The position numbers and the translations under genes are program-made. From contig JBHGNT010000012.1 in assembly GCA_043228905.1 (NCBI GenBank), positions 8,308,001 to 8,372,000 of the forward strand: 64,000 nucleotides of DNA. The letters run 5' to 3'. Origin of the DNA: Azolla caroliniana. Its lineage: Eukaryota > Plantae > Polypodiophyta. The notes below the pieces were generated by a model. The model made no database searches. It saw nothing but the letters and a program-made list of their open reading frames with translations, and had not been told where the DNA came from. Position 1 is the stretch's first letter, and each line of letters starts with the position of its first letter. Below, one piece after another: positions 1 to 13,650 of the stretch.

Positions 1-3000
1 GTGTTTCCTATGCTGGAATCACTTTCGAGGCTTGCTTCAAAATCTAGCATAATACTTGCAGAACAGGTTTTGCTCTTGTAACGTGTTGATTATTTTCATG
101 TTTGTATATACTTAGTAGGTTGTTTAAGGATGTTCATTTTATCTCAAAGCAAAGAAAAATCTACAAGCCGGTTGTTGAGACTATCATGTGCACATTTAAA
201 GGATTCTAATACCCTAAACCACATTACCCTTTCTTTTGTGTTTAATCCTTTCTGAAAGGGAACACGTCTGTTATGAATGCAAATGATATTCAAATGGAAA
301 CCAATTCCTAAGTTCCTGAAGGAATGGAACAAATTGGCAATTTAACTGTTTGAAGCTTTATGATAATAAGGCCAGCATGGATTTGTTTCAAAGGAAGATG
401 GTGAAATTTTGGAGGATATTTTTGATAATCATGCAGTAAAAATATATCACTTCGAGAAAATAGGCATAAAATAAATCTTGAATTTTTTTTATTCTACATA
501 CCTTGTGTTACTGTATCACAATTTCTATTCATGTGCTGGAAATACAAACAATTTCCCACCCCACTTTTAATCTAATTATCCTATATATGCATGATTCTCA
601 TGTTCTTTCCAAGAGACATCACTTCCAGAAAATAGGCATAGAATAAATCATGAATTTGTTTATTTTACATATCTTGTGTTACTGTATCACAATTCCTATT
701 CATGTGCTGGAAATACACAATTTCCCACCCACTTTTAATCTAGTTATCCTATCTATGCATGATTCTCATGTTCTTTCCTTTAACAACTGTCTGAATTAGA
801 AGAAAGGTAAGTGTAAGACAAGGATATCATCATCCAACAAAATTTAACTATATATTAAAATTCCTTTTGAAAGTATTTGCATGAGAAAAACAGTTCTGTT
901 TTTTAAATTTGGACGTAAGTTCACTATACAATTCAGGTATCCACTTGTGCAGGTGGATTTACTATTAAAATATATCTGTTCAGATCCTCGTTCCACTGTA
1001 CATGTAGTTGCATTGAAATGCCTTGCAAGGCTTGCCAGAAAGTGTAGAGGGAGAATCAGAAATGGGGAAACAGTACCAATAATGCTTAGCATATTGGAAA
1101 ATCCTCAAAAACCATTTCACTTGAAGGCATTGTCACTGCAGACTTTGAAAGCGGTATAATCTTCAACAAATAAACCGTCTTTTCTTTCACTTGTTATTTT
1201 TGTGGAAATTATAAATGGTTTTTGGTATGTATGTTTCTTATTTTTTCAGTTGTTCCCTTTTGCCATCATGGCTGGTGATGCTGATCATTTAACAAGGTTA
1301 CTGTCTATTGCTGAACTTTCTGCAATGCGTTCTGATTGGCAACAAGTTAAACCTGTTCTTGGGCTTTTAGTGGATCTTATATATGATTTAAATAAGATGA
1401 GGCCAGAAGTTATACAAAAGGCAGATATACAAATGGGGCTTCATAAATTTTCCCTTTCTCAAGATGCTGATGTTGACATGATACCATCGACATCAAAGGC
1501 GAGTGATGCTATTTATGCACTAGATCTTCCAGCCCGATCTGCTCTATTGATTTGTGATCATTTAGCTCTATTAGCTAATTCATGGGATCAACAAGGACTC
1601 AAGAATGTGGAATTGGATGAATTATTAGAAAAAACTGCGTCAAATGGCACTGGGCTAGAAGAAAGATGCCAATATTTGTGTACACTTATGTTAAAATTAG
1701 CAAAGGGTTCTACTGGTACTGCTTATGTGATTGTTGATTGCCTTTGTGGAATGGTTGAAGCTTTTCTAAACGAGCTTCAGAAGTTGGAAAATAATCAAGG
1801 GAACAGGAACAATTCAATGCCAGAAGAACATGCAAAAGGATTAAATCCAGCTGAATCTGTTTCTAAGAAAAGTAGAACACAGTCCAAAGTACTTATCACC
1901 AGATCACCTCTTTTAAAAATCATGTGCCTTTGTATTAGAGATTGTGGGCTTGTATCCATGTTTGAAGAAGAGTGTTTAAGAAAGACTGTTAGAAGATTAA
2001 ACATGTTTACATCCCATGCCATAAATGCTAATGTTTCTACTAATGTCTCCAATAGCCTTCTGCCGATTCTCTTGAAATGCAAAAGCTATGCTATGCCTAA
2101 AGAAGCTGGATTAATATCAAACAAGATCTATGGCATCGCAGAATCTTTCCTAAAAGAGGGAGATTATTGGTCAGCATATAAAGTCGCGACTCTTGTTGCG
2201 TGCAATGGTCTTTGGATTGGGTTTAAACCACTAATTGAACAGATTTCATGCAAAGCTCAATCGGGAGGTTCTTTGTTTTGGTTAAAATCCCTTGCGGGAA
2301 TCTACGCTTTTGAATCAAGCATACAATGTGAATGTGATAAAATCAAGTATGCAAATGCTAGCAGTGATTTAATGTTGCTAGATACATATACCAAGCAAAT
2401 TTCAAGTGATTCTTTGACTCTGAACATGGGGAAAGCTATAGCACAATCGCTATCAAGTGTTCATTCAGCAGAAAGCTCACTTGCAGCTGGTTCTAAGCTT
2501 CACAGAAACTTTGAATTTCAACGTCAGTTGCTAGCGCTAAGAGTTTCATTTATTCATGCTTCTGGAGAGTTACTTGGTTTGTTAGGGCCAATTTGTGTAG
2601 ATTTCAAGGCATCTGATGTGGATTTGGTATGTAGTTCCACGATAGATGTCTCCTCCCTAGATGATGACTCCATGAAACCATTGATTTCTGGCATTCAGGC
2701 AGTTGCAATGAAAGCGAAGACAATTGCCACACAGCTTTGGAAGTTAGCAGCTTCTTTTGACATTGTTCGTGTGTCAAATTTGGGTATAGATAATACCAGT
2801 GCAAATCAGTTATGCCTAGCTGCACTAGGTTGCTCTTTTATATCATTTTGCACCATATACTGCCTATCAGATTTTCAAGGATCCAATATGGAGAAGGATT
2901 TAAGCTCACTTTCTAGAAGAGATTCTGTTGTCAATGATTTATACCATCGTGTCAATGGGATTGGAAGGGAAGAGTGTCCAGAGCTGCTGTCAATCATGTT

Positions 3001-3947
3001 AAAGTCTGGGATTATACATGGATCAATGTTGATAGGTAGATGGGATTCTTCTGGTACTATCATGGAGAAGAAAATATTGGAATTTATAATGTGGGCAATC
3101 AGAGAGGCTGTGCATCTGCAACAAGATGATATGGACCCAAATCAGAAAGTGTCATGGGTAGCGCTAGCCAGAGGAATGCATAAGCTCAAATATATTGTTG
3201 AAAAATGGTTGTGTATTCCATGGGCACTTCCAAAGCACTTCCTTTGTACTAGGTAAGTTCATATCCTTAAGTCGATGGCATATGAATCTATAATAGTTTT
3301 TATTTTTAAATAGTTATTTTCTTTCATAATGCTATGAAACGTTAGTGGGACATGTCTAGTAAATGCAAGGAATATTTCCTATTGTTTCTTAATATGAGTA
3401 TGACTGTCTAACATCAATGTTATTTGTCTACTACAGACCATCCATTGGCATCGAGGTGTTTACGGAGGACAAACCTACTATAGCTCAAGGATCATCAACT
3501 CCAATAAACTTGTGCTTTCAAATACGCAATCTTGATATCAATGGGAAGATAAGAGTAAAAAAGCTTTGTTGTGCATTGGTCTTGAAGCCATCCAAGATGC
3601 TTCATAAGTTTTATGTTGGATGGAGTTCAAGTTCGTATACAGACATTAAGAATGATTGGAATGAAAGTGACCTCTTATTAGTGGAAGAATTAATGGAAAG
3701 GGTATCTAACTTCAACCAGTCAACAACCTTGTGTCGTATAGGTATGGACCTGACACAGATCGTCCAGTGTGATGTGAATGACAAAGGACAAGGCTTTACT
3801 TCATGTATGGTAACCACCTCAGATATGGAATGTGGTCTTTTCCACATCAATGTAGTGGCAGTGTGTGTGGATAGTAGAGGTCATGTTTGGATTCTTCATC
3901 CTATGACCAATGGACCAACCATAACAGTAATTGCAGCTGCAAAATGA
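1..3947 (+). CDS. INTS7: Integrator complex subunit 7-like (plant DSP1/EMB1895-type ARM-repeat protein), 5' part outside the window; exons <1..66, 953..1153, 1250..3252, 3437..3947
   Basis: GT-AG junctions join the ORFs in frame: CAG|gt at 66, tgcag|GTG at 953, GCG|gt at 1153, ttcag|TTG at 1250, AG|gtaag at 3252, ctacag|A at 3437. Recognised motifs are QVDLLL...DPR..V...AL.CL, YWSAYKVATLVACNGLW, WL.SL, FEFQRQLLALR and a C-terminal PKHF..RPSIGIEVF beta-rich domain. Identity is from motif memory. Confidence 0.8.
447..778. repeat. Tandem duplication (~170 bp x2) in INTS7 intron
   Basis: The segment agaaaataggcata...gcatgattctcatgttctttcc occurs at ~447-610 and ~619-778 with a few substitutions and indels. 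Confidence 0.9.
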
Positions 3948-5379
3948 ATTGGAACCCAAGTATTGCTAATCCTTATCACTTCATTATCTTTCTTTCATTT
4001 ATTGTTGGTATATCCTTTCAATCATTTAAATGAATTGTACATCTCTCTCGTCTCCTCCTGTCATTTGTTGGTTGGCTTCTCTCATTTCATGATGAATATC
4101 CTTCATAATTTCTCTCCTACATGGAGGCAACATTTCTACTATATATAGTTCCTTGCCATTCCTCTCTCTTACTATGTTGTAAGGAAGCATTTGTTTTACA
4201 TTATTTAGTAAAGATGGGATTCGAGTGAGGAATGTTTTTTGCATGATAAACACTAAAAACTTACGAGAACTTGCAGGAAATTTATGGCTAGAATTTAATA
4301 GGGACTTTAATATAGTGTTGGAAAAACATTTCCTTGTTTTAAGTCATAACAAATAAGAAGTTATGTAATTTCTATCATTTGGTGTCTATAGTCGCGTTCT
4401 TGACCAATCACTAACTGCTCATCCTTGTCAATCAAATTCTATGAGATAAAGCCCATGTTCTTAATATTTGAAATTAAATCATAATATTTTAACAAGCAAG
4501 CGTGTTAAGTACTTTTTGAAATAGTTGGGGGTTTCCCATCATTATTCAAAATGTATTAGTGTTTTGTAAATTTTTAGAAAATGGTGGGGTATTTTTGTGT
4601 TTTTCTCATCACAATATCATGAACTTCTTGCCCTTGTATTCTAAAATGGCAATGTTTCATGGATATTTCAGCAATTTTTAAATAGCTCATGGTATTCTTT
4701 AATGGTTTAAATATAGGGACATGTTGGTAATTTGTTACAGAAAACTAGGGTATTTCCTTGTTATTACCATCCATGGTAATATCATGAACTCACTAAGTGT
4801 AAAAATTACAACCATCCGTGTCTTAGGTACCTATTTTGATTAAAGTGCATTGAAGATACAACACATGTGCTTCCTATCTTCACATATAAATGTAATTCTT
4901 TCAATTTCAATCAATTCCAGCATAAGACAAACACTAATTGAAGAGCATTATACAAGAATATATACAATAACCATTGTTTTCTTTTCGCTTAACCAAAGGA
5001 AAGCTTTTTATGTTAGAAAAAAGGACGAGAGAGGCTATCAAGACCTCTTATATAATTTGGCTGAAGTTTATGAATGTTAGCAATAGTGGGCTAATGTTTC
5101 CATATCAGTAATTCATTGGAAAAACAAATAGACCAAGAGAGTTGATGCAAAGTATGGAGTTGTAATTTCATAATGGAAAACTACCCCTAGATTTAATTAA
5201 TTAAAGATAGTATGATGACCTAAAATAAACTTGTTGGAGCTAACTCAACATAAAAACCATGCACAATTTGGTCTTACTATATGATGACCTGAGAATTCCT
5301 AAATTCTCAAGACTCTCATTTGGATAAAGTCCAAAAACATAAGAAAGATCGGTATTTCAAAAAATCAATATACTAAAAG

Positions 5380-6440
5380 AATTAGTTTAGTATTTTGTGT
5401 GAGACATGACCACCAAACCTTTTCCAAGCCATGATAGGCTTGCTCATCCAAGGAATTTATCGATGCATCATGAAGCAAATGCAATACATTGCATTTTCTA
5501 AGCCATTTCTTCATATCTTGCATCCATCTAGAACCCAAAATTTTGCATTTTTTTTGTTTGAATCTTTTTACTTGTTTACCATGTGATTCTCAAAAGTTAA
5601 TGTGAGGTTTTTTTTCCTAATCCGAAGCATGTAATGACTATTTATAATTATTGGAAAGTCCTCTTGGACATTTTCAAACTCTTTCTTAGTTGAATTTATA
5701 GTTATTATTATCTCATACTTCAATCTCCATAGAAAAGCACTAGTGAGTATTTCGTCAAAACCTAACATTGAATTTCTCCACCATTGTTATCCTCTCAAAT
5801 GAGTAGCAAGCCCTCTTTCTCACGTCTAAGTAGTTGATAGCACATCCGTTCCATCTATTGTTGAAGTTTTTACAGTTTCATGAGGCTCATAATTGTAGAC
5901 AATGTTTATTTTGCATCTTCACTAGCATAATCTTTTGCTTTGGAGCTAGTCTCTAAAACTTACTAGCTTACTATGCATGAAAAACTTTTCCAATACACTT
6001 AAAAAACTTTGCACATGTTCTAGAGTGTTTGTGAAAGGCACCGCATCATATGCATACAACAAAAGCATTATAGCTAAAATGGCATCTTCTTCAATGCCTT
6101 CTTGCCTCACAAACTAGCCAACCATTTATTCCAATTGATCAATGCATAAACCAAAGAGAGTTTATGAGAATGGACATCCTTGCTTAAACACAAATAGTGT
6201 ACGTGAAAAAATTGAAATTCCATCTACATCATAGATCTGTTGAGATAACACGCACATGTGTGCATTAAAGGCCACCTCCCTTGTCATAGCTTTGAAAATG
6301 AGATTAAAGTATGGGGCAACAATATCTACAAGTCTACTTGGAAGGAGTTTGAAAATGTTCAAAAGGTTTTCCTTAAAATGTTCTTATAAGTCAAGCCACA
6401 AACACCATACATGTGCCTGTTTATTGATAATAGATTATTC
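5380..6440 (-). mobile_element. Degenerate RTE-like LINE fragment (RT and C-terminal part), same family as 22756-25508
   Basis: KQGCPFS motif in ORF 6162..6362. Nucleotide similarity of 5462-5550 to 23325-23415 (atgcatcatgaagcaa...tatcttgcatcca) and of 6045-6075 to 24042-24070. Confidence 0.75.
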
Positions 6441-6479
6441 CCCACTTAGGTCATGACCATAGAAAGCGTGATTGAGTGT

Positions 6480-9400
6480 ATGAGTAAGGTTTTAAAAGAA
6501 CCTCACTTCAACGTCTTAGGCTCGCATGAGAAGCAAGTAAAAATATTCAAAAGACACTCAAAAGAAAAAGATTGTGTTTCAGAATGATACAAGATATGGA
6601 GAATTGGTTGGAACAAAGGGATGTGTTATATTTGCTTTGTACAAAAGGTCGAGAAGAAGCTAGTTGTTGACTGCCCAACACATCAACAAAGACACAAGTG
6701 CCCCCCACGACACAACCAACCCAGCCTAGAAGTTCCACGTAGTTAATAGATGCTCTCTAAGGTGGAGAGTTCCATTGTATGAATTCTGACACACTCTACC
6801 ATGTGATTAACAATTAAAGACCTTGTACACTTCACTTGCCTTTGAGAATTGTCCACATTCTATTCATTTGCTTCAACTTTCATATATAAACTTGATCTTT
6901 TCTTTCTCTAAACCATTTTCCTCAAACATTACTCTACACAATGAAAACCTTCGAGCCACCATATGTTGACTCAAATTTGTGTTTCTCCACAAAGTCATTT
7001 AGGAGTACCTTTTCAATAGCCGTTTTTTTTATCGTGGCAATAGTGGAAGATAATTAACTACATCTCCATGTATCCCTTTGCAAAATTGATCCATAATAGA
7101 ATGAATGGAAGTTGATTGAGCTTCCTCAAAACTCACATTAAAATCCTTCATCAAGCCCTTGTTGACCACTCATAACAAAAGCAAGCAACAATGGCAACAA
7201 TAACCTTTGTTCTTCTGATGCGTATATACCAATGAATCATAATATTTTTCCTTCACAAAAAAGTTGCATCACTATACATCTACCAATATCATCTTTAAAC
7301 ATGATTTTTGGATGATATTGCTTCATAATAAACATCAAAATCCCTAAATAATCAACTTGAGCTCAACGTGCATAGCATAATGTATAATCTTTAATATAAA
7401 TAAATAGCCTATTAGGTCTATATTCTTTATGCATGATTGATCTTCTCTACAAGAAGCATTAAAATCCCGTATCAATAATCCTAGTTGACCATTCCTCTAT
7501 GCAAAAAACATGAATTGTAGCAATAATGTCCTTCTTGTGATACATTCAATATGTATATATGTACCAACTTACCATAATATTTTTCCTTCATAGAAAATTT
7601 GCACCACTATAAATCTACCAAGATCATCTTTAAAAAATATTTTTGGATGATGTTGATTCCTGATAAACATCACAATCCTTGAGTAATCAACTTAAACTCT
7701 ACCCACGTAACATAATGTATAACCCTTTATACAAATGATTAACTCATCAATTTTATGTTATTTATGTTCCATTCACATAGAACAACCCATGCTCGTTATG
7801 CACCACTACACATAATATCCCATTGATTATTTGTCAAAGCATTCCTCAACTCATGCATCTTATCTTACATCAGGCACATGTCCCTCACACTTCATTCCAT
7901 CTCACATCTCACATCTTACATTCCATGTTGTGACCTTTGTATTTTATTCTTCACTTTAGTTCTAGATATTTTCCTCTTCTTTACAACCAGTGTTTCTACC
8001 AAAACATGGAAGAAATCTCTCAAAATTGCCTAGGAATTATGACGGGAAGGTAATTTTGTTGAAGTCAACGCACCCCTTTGTGTTTTTTGTACCGTCTTTT
8101 GTTTATTCCATAGATTACACAAATTTCCCTTATTATCAAAATATAATCACTTTGGGAACTCACCTTGATGACCCAAATTTTTATTACACTCAAAACTGAC
8201 ATGTTGCACCGATAATTTCTTCCTCTCAATTGATTAATTCCAACCATTCTTATTATTTTTCCTCATCCTTCTAAGGAACACCCGCTATCGAAATTTATTC
8301 TTCAAATGCATGACATTGTGTTCACTTATTTGCTCCAACATTAACAACACTAGATGCTTATTTTGCTCTAACGTTAACATTAGATGTCTGTCATGGTGCA
8401 ATGAATCCTTGTGGACCATCCAAAGTATATTATTTTCCAAACATACTTTTGAAGATGTTCTCTCTTTCACGCAATTTGTTCTATTATCTTCAAATAGTTG
8501 CTTAACAATGCTTACATGGTACCAAAGCATGAGGGTTAACACGTAGCCTACTTTCATCGATTGCTTGTGTTCCTTGTGTATTGTTGAAGCCGTTCATATT
8601 AAAATAGACACATCTACATCTACATAGTCTCCTATTTACTATTGCAAGGAGTAAATAATTGTTCACAACTTTAGGAGGCTCAAGCATTGTCCAATGAAGA
8701 TAACAACCTATGTTTGCAAAGAGTGGACAATATTAAATTTTGAGGAATGTATTGAATTATTGTAAGCAAACTCCCAAATATGTATTTTGTCAACCTAATC
8801 ATCCTGCTGTTAGTTTATGAAACAAGGAGAATACTCCTCTAACATCTTATTTCTATACTTTCATCGGGTGTCATTTTACATGTGATAGCTTTGAGAGTCT
8901 AAAAGAAATATTCAGAAGTGTGAGCAAGTGTTTCCAAAATTTTCAGACAAAGATTAGAGACAAGAGTAACATTAGACAACCAAACATAGATGAGATAAAT
9001 GGAGAAATAAAGGTTAATAAGACAATGAGCTAATGTCATATGAAAGTAGAGATCAACTAGGGGACTAGGGGAGCCCCTTTTGTCCACTTTACATAAACTA
9101 TGCATGAATTTTGCATGAAGCTTCTCAAGACTTCACAACCTCACAATAGACTTTAAAAATCCGTAAGAGATGTTAACCTTACCACAAAATACACCTCCCA
9201 TCCGATATATAGATAGAACCTTACAATCCTCCATTGGTGATTGTGCTACCTTTGACCGATGGCCTTTGATGAGAGCCTGTTTGTGCCAAATCCCATAAGT
9301 GCAGAAAACACAATGGCATATTCCCTTCATTCTTGGGAGAAGTTCAAAGAAAAATTTAGAATTTAAGATATTTGATTATAGAGGAAGACTCAATGTATGG
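6480..9400 (-). mobile_element. Highly degenerate L1 LINE relic (ORF1 and APE endonuclease remnants; endonuclease segment duplicated at ~7238-7395 and ~7573-7730)
   Basis: Minus-strand translation QYHPKIMFKDDIGRCIVMQLFCEGKIL*FIGIYA parallels YYPQVVHNDPYGRFFVLEITFFGEVVWVVGIYA of the L1 at 30439. ORF1-like remnants lie near 8650-8750. Boundaries are approximate. Confidence 0.55.
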
Positions 9401-9548
9401 ACTTAAATCAAGGTAAGGTCCCACACAAAAAAAAACTATTCGATTGATTTTCTTTGTGATGTAAGAAACCATTTGAATTTGGACACAAATGTGAGTTTGT
9501 TACCCTAGAAATGAAATATGCAAGCATGAAGTTTAAAGTGATCTCGAT

Positions 9549-9822
9549 CATAGTACGTAAAATTCGTGTTCGTCTAGTTTAACATTCGTTTTCCTACGTT
9601 GGAAAACGAATGCGAATGTTATCCAAACATTCGTGTATTTTTTTTCCCACTTTTTTAATGTTTTTTGTTGTTTTTTTTTCATTCTTAGGCTTATCTACCT
9701 CATAATAAATAGTTAATCCAAAAGTATGGTATTTATCATTCTTTGAGGGTGTTTTTCTTTCGCGAATGATTGAACCATTCACGAATGAGAATGCACGTAT
9801 GGTACGTATGGTTCATACTATG
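9549..9822. mobile_element. hAT-type MITE (274 bp)
   Basis: Terminal inverted repeats CATAGTACG / CATACTATG. Perfect 8-bp TSD ATCTCGAT at 9541-9548 and 9823-9830. Repeated cattcg/cgaatg subterminal motifs and no coding capacity. Confidence 0.85.
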
Positions 9823-11527
9823 ATCTCGATCACTTGGTTCCATCTTGCTAAACATTTTCTTATTTCTAATATTTAGAAAATATGGAAACATTTAAGAGAG
9901 GCTGGCTAGTGAAGTGGTTTTGGTTTCTAGTACCCCTCTATTGACAAGTTTGCAGTGTACATCTATTGAAGTTTCCTAGGTATGGAAGTGATGAAGTTCC
10001 AACCCAAATTGTTCCATTTGGCTTCATGGGTTAAGATACAAGTGCACTGGAAGCTTAACTTCACACATCTCCTAAAGCCTAGCATAGACATAGATCAAGT
10101 GTTTGAGCTCTGAAACTTCTTACCAACCCGAAGTGTGCGGGCTCTGAACATGTCCCAACCTCATGTGAAGTTGGATGAGGTCCAACGCGGACACTAACTA
10201 GTGTGATTTTTGAAATTGATTTGGATGCTCTCCACTTGCTTACCAATAGGAAGGTCAACTTAGGAGAACTGTGACGGAAGAACTTAAAGGTAAGGTCAAG
10301 TGGTGTTGCCATATTAGTAAATTACTTCCTAGCATTTTTTCAACTCCAATCCACCTAAAGGTCAATACACTAAACAAGATCACACATTTTTAGAGCTTAC
10401 CCTAGGCTCATCAGATTAACTCCATAAGATGGTATGGGGGGGTCATTGGGTCTTGTTATTCATTTATTACATGTGCAGGTTCCAAGGTCTCATGTAGGGT
10501 CCCATACTCATAGCCATTTCAACACATACATATGTATTGGAATGAATTAGTAGGTACTAGGGGAAGAGGTGGTAGTGCTGCTGTTTCCATTCCAATTTTG
10601 ACATAACAAAGAATGAATGGCATTTATAATAAACATACAGTAGAGGGGGGGTTAGTATTCTTTTGGAGACAGACTTAATGAAGAAGCCCAAGCGCCATAC
10701 CAATGGCTAGACCAAAAAGAAAACTTAGTACATACACGAAGAAATTTCTGTCAGTTTCAATATGAGAGTTACAAAGCACTCCTCTGAGAGAGTTGAGGAT
10801 CCTTCCTAGCGATGACTACACACAAAGGGAAAGTTCTCAGAGGGGTGTTGGAGATTCCATTGGAGGAAGCTTTTCGGAGTACATGGTCATGGAGAGATCA
10901 TGAAGAAGGGCATTATATTAGGAATCCAATTACATTGTGGAACACAGTAATGGGGGCTGGCATGAATCCATCCATTCATCATGATCAGGAGGTGATTGAT
11001 TGATTACAACAGTATGTATGTATGTATGTGAAAGGAGTTGTGGATTAGCAATCGCAATGAGATATATAGATAGTTCCTACATACTACTGAAGATGGTGAC
11101 TGACTACTACTAGTGGTGGTGAGTGAGTGCAGGAAGAGGATTAAAAATGAAAAACAAATAAAAAAAAGCAAAACAAAAAAGACGAGAAAAAATAAAACAC
11201 AGATTAAATGTACAAGTTTCCAAAAGAAACAAAATGACCTTTTTTTTTTAAAATTTTGTTGTTTTTTTAAGAAAAAGAAGAAGGCACGTGCGAGCTACAG
11301 AATGTGGAAAACCAAAATGAATTAGAAGCGTGTGAGGCGGGGTCCCAAATCATCAAAAAAACAAAAAACAAAAAACAAAAACAAAATTGTTTGATTTCAT
11401 TTCTCTTGTTTTTGTTTTTTTTGCTCTTTCTGCGTTTTGCTTTTTTGCATGCCCAATTTCCTCCTGTTGTTGTTGTTGTTTGTTTTTTTGTGTGTTTTGG
11501 AGGGATAGAAAGAAGGATATATTAATA

Positions 11528-12662
11528 TTAGGAAGCAGGGTGGAGAGGTTGATGATGGTGATGGTGATGGTGGTGGTGGTTTGGGGAGGCAAGGGGAGAG
11601 TTGTGGTTAGAAGCACGAGCTTCTTGGAAGAAGTAGGAGCTGCTGCTGCTGTTGTTGTTGTTGTTGTTGTTGGAGAGCATGATTGGGTGGCGGTTCGATC
11701 CGCCACCGCCGGCTGCCGGGGGGCCTCCTGCCGCCGCCGATGATGATGATGGAGACTGCAAATCTTGCTGCAGATGGTGGTAATACGTGAAAATAGACTG
11801 CGGCGGGTAGCACGAATTCATGGGCGGCGGATGCATCATCATCATCATATTGTTCAAGCTCATCATCCCAGTGGTGTTTGGATCATTGTCCTCCTCGATT
11901 CCTCCGGGCGGGGTGTCGGTCAGTAGTAGGTTGTGTTGTTGCGCACACACCGAAGGGTCGTAGTTCCCATTCGTGGTGGGAAAGATATTGGCGGAAGGAG
12001 GAGGAGGAGGAGGAGGAGGAGGGGGATTGATGGTGGTAGTGGTGGTGGCAGTAGCGGTGGTGGTGTCGGAGGAGGGCATGTAATACGAAGGAGCCCCGGA
12101 TTGAGAGGAGGCCGATTGGTAGACCTCGCTAGAGGCCGGTGATGCGAATGGCGAAGGGAACGGCGACGCAAGAAAGGGGGCCAATTTGCCGGCGCCGGCC
12201 ATCACCGTCCCCGAGGCCGAGGCCGAGGAGGGGTCAAACATGGAGCCGCCGCCCGGACACCGCCGGGGGGAAGCCGTACGGCTGCAATCTCCGCCGCCGC
12301 CGCCGAAGAGAGGCTCCCCAGCCCCTGCCCCTGCCCCTGCCAATGGCATCATCATCACTCCTCGCGACGGGCGGTTGAACAGCCCGCCTGTGGCCGCCGC
12401 CGCTAACAAGCTTCCTAGTGGGTCGCTATTCTTCGCTCCTCCTCCTCCTCCGCCGCCGCCGCCGCCGCCGCCGCTCAAGCTCTCCCACACCTCGCTTGCT
12501 GAGGCCGATGTACGGTACGTCCCGCTGCCGCCAAACGCTGCACCGATTCCGGCGTCGCCGCCGTGGCCTATCTGACGTACGGAAAACAATCAACAAAAAA
12601 CAAAGGATTTGAGGTGTCCCCATCAAGAAAGAATTAGTAGTACGGCCAAAACTTCTTCTTCT

Positions 12663-12700
<38 letters not shown>

Positions 12701-13650
12701 GGATTTCCGAGGAAAGCACAAGCGCACGCGCCTTTTTTTTCTGTGCAGAGTTTTTATCTGTTTTTGTTTCTTTTGACGTGAAAGCCAAATCATTAATACG
12801 TGAGGGGGGAAATGGGTGATTGATGATATGGGACGAACTAGGATCAAATTAAGAGACACTCACTCACTCACTCACTCACTCTCTGCAGTTCATGGCATCG
12901 AAAATCAAGAGTAAAATTCACAAATCAAGCTGTGCGACAGCTAAAATTATAACAAGCTGTTTGGGCGTACATATTACTAAGACAGTAAGGTAATGCAGGC
13001 GATGGCATTACATTACGGAGATTTTTTTTTTATTTTTTAAAAAAACCTTGGTTAGCCCTGCACAATTGGGTCGGAGATTAGCCTATCGGACAGAGCCCTA
13101 ATTTCCCGACGAGAGATCAAAGAGAAGCAAACACAGAAAAAGAAGAAGAATCAAAGACAGACATATGAAGATAGAAGAAATTAAAGCCACACAATATAGG
13201 CGAAGACAAATTAAAGACGTTAAGTAGGCCGGAGCGGAAGAAAGAATTGAACAGAATGCAGAATGATTGGCTGAAACGGAGTGGACGAATGAATTGAACC
13301 GAATGCAGAATGATTGGCTGAAATGGGAGTGGAAGAATTGAATTGAATTGAACAGAATGCAGAATGATTTGACTGAGACGGAGCGAAAGAATTGAATTGA
13401 ACACATGAATCAGGGAAAGCAAGGTAGGAATTGTAGAAACCTGTGACGCGCGATAAGTGGTACCGTCGGGGTGGACGATCCATCCTGCTTCTGCAGCCAA
13501 GCACCGGAGGACCTCGTTGATGTCTGCGCGAGGAGCCAAGTTGTAGCCGCCATGCTTCCTTAGACCCTGGAAAATCTTCGTCGTTATGGCCCGTCGATTC
13601 CTCTCCCTCATCTTCGTCTTCTCTTTCTCGCTGGCACTAAGCTTCGTCAT
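11528..13650 (-). CDS. BES1/BZR1-family transcription factor (non-canonical type-B-like), ~417 aa; exons 13650..13441 and 12571..11528
   Basis: Exon 1 encodes the BES1_N DNA-binding domain ([55 protein letters not shown]). A phase-0 intron runs from CAG|gt at 13440 to cgtcag|ATA at 12572. Exon 2 has S/P-rich SPFASPASS, poly-G/P/N/H tracts and a C-terminal [15 protein letters not shown] motif. Confidence 0.92.
13229..13403. repeat. Intronic minisatellite (~47-55 bp unit, ~3.5 copies) in BZR intron
   Basis: Unit cggagYggaag..gaattgaacagaatgcagaatgattggctgaaa starts at ~13230, 13277, 13324 and partially at 13379. Confidence 0.85.

Noticed and set aside
11284-11293. G-box/BRRE (CACGTGCG) as BZR autoregulatory site
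   Set aside because: A single short motif downstream of the gene, expected by chance.
11113-12860. Multiple overlapping ORFs on both strands around BZR exon 2
   Set aside because: These are shadow ORFs produced by GC-rich trinucleotide repeats and A/T runs. Only the frame spliced to the BES1 domain is supported.
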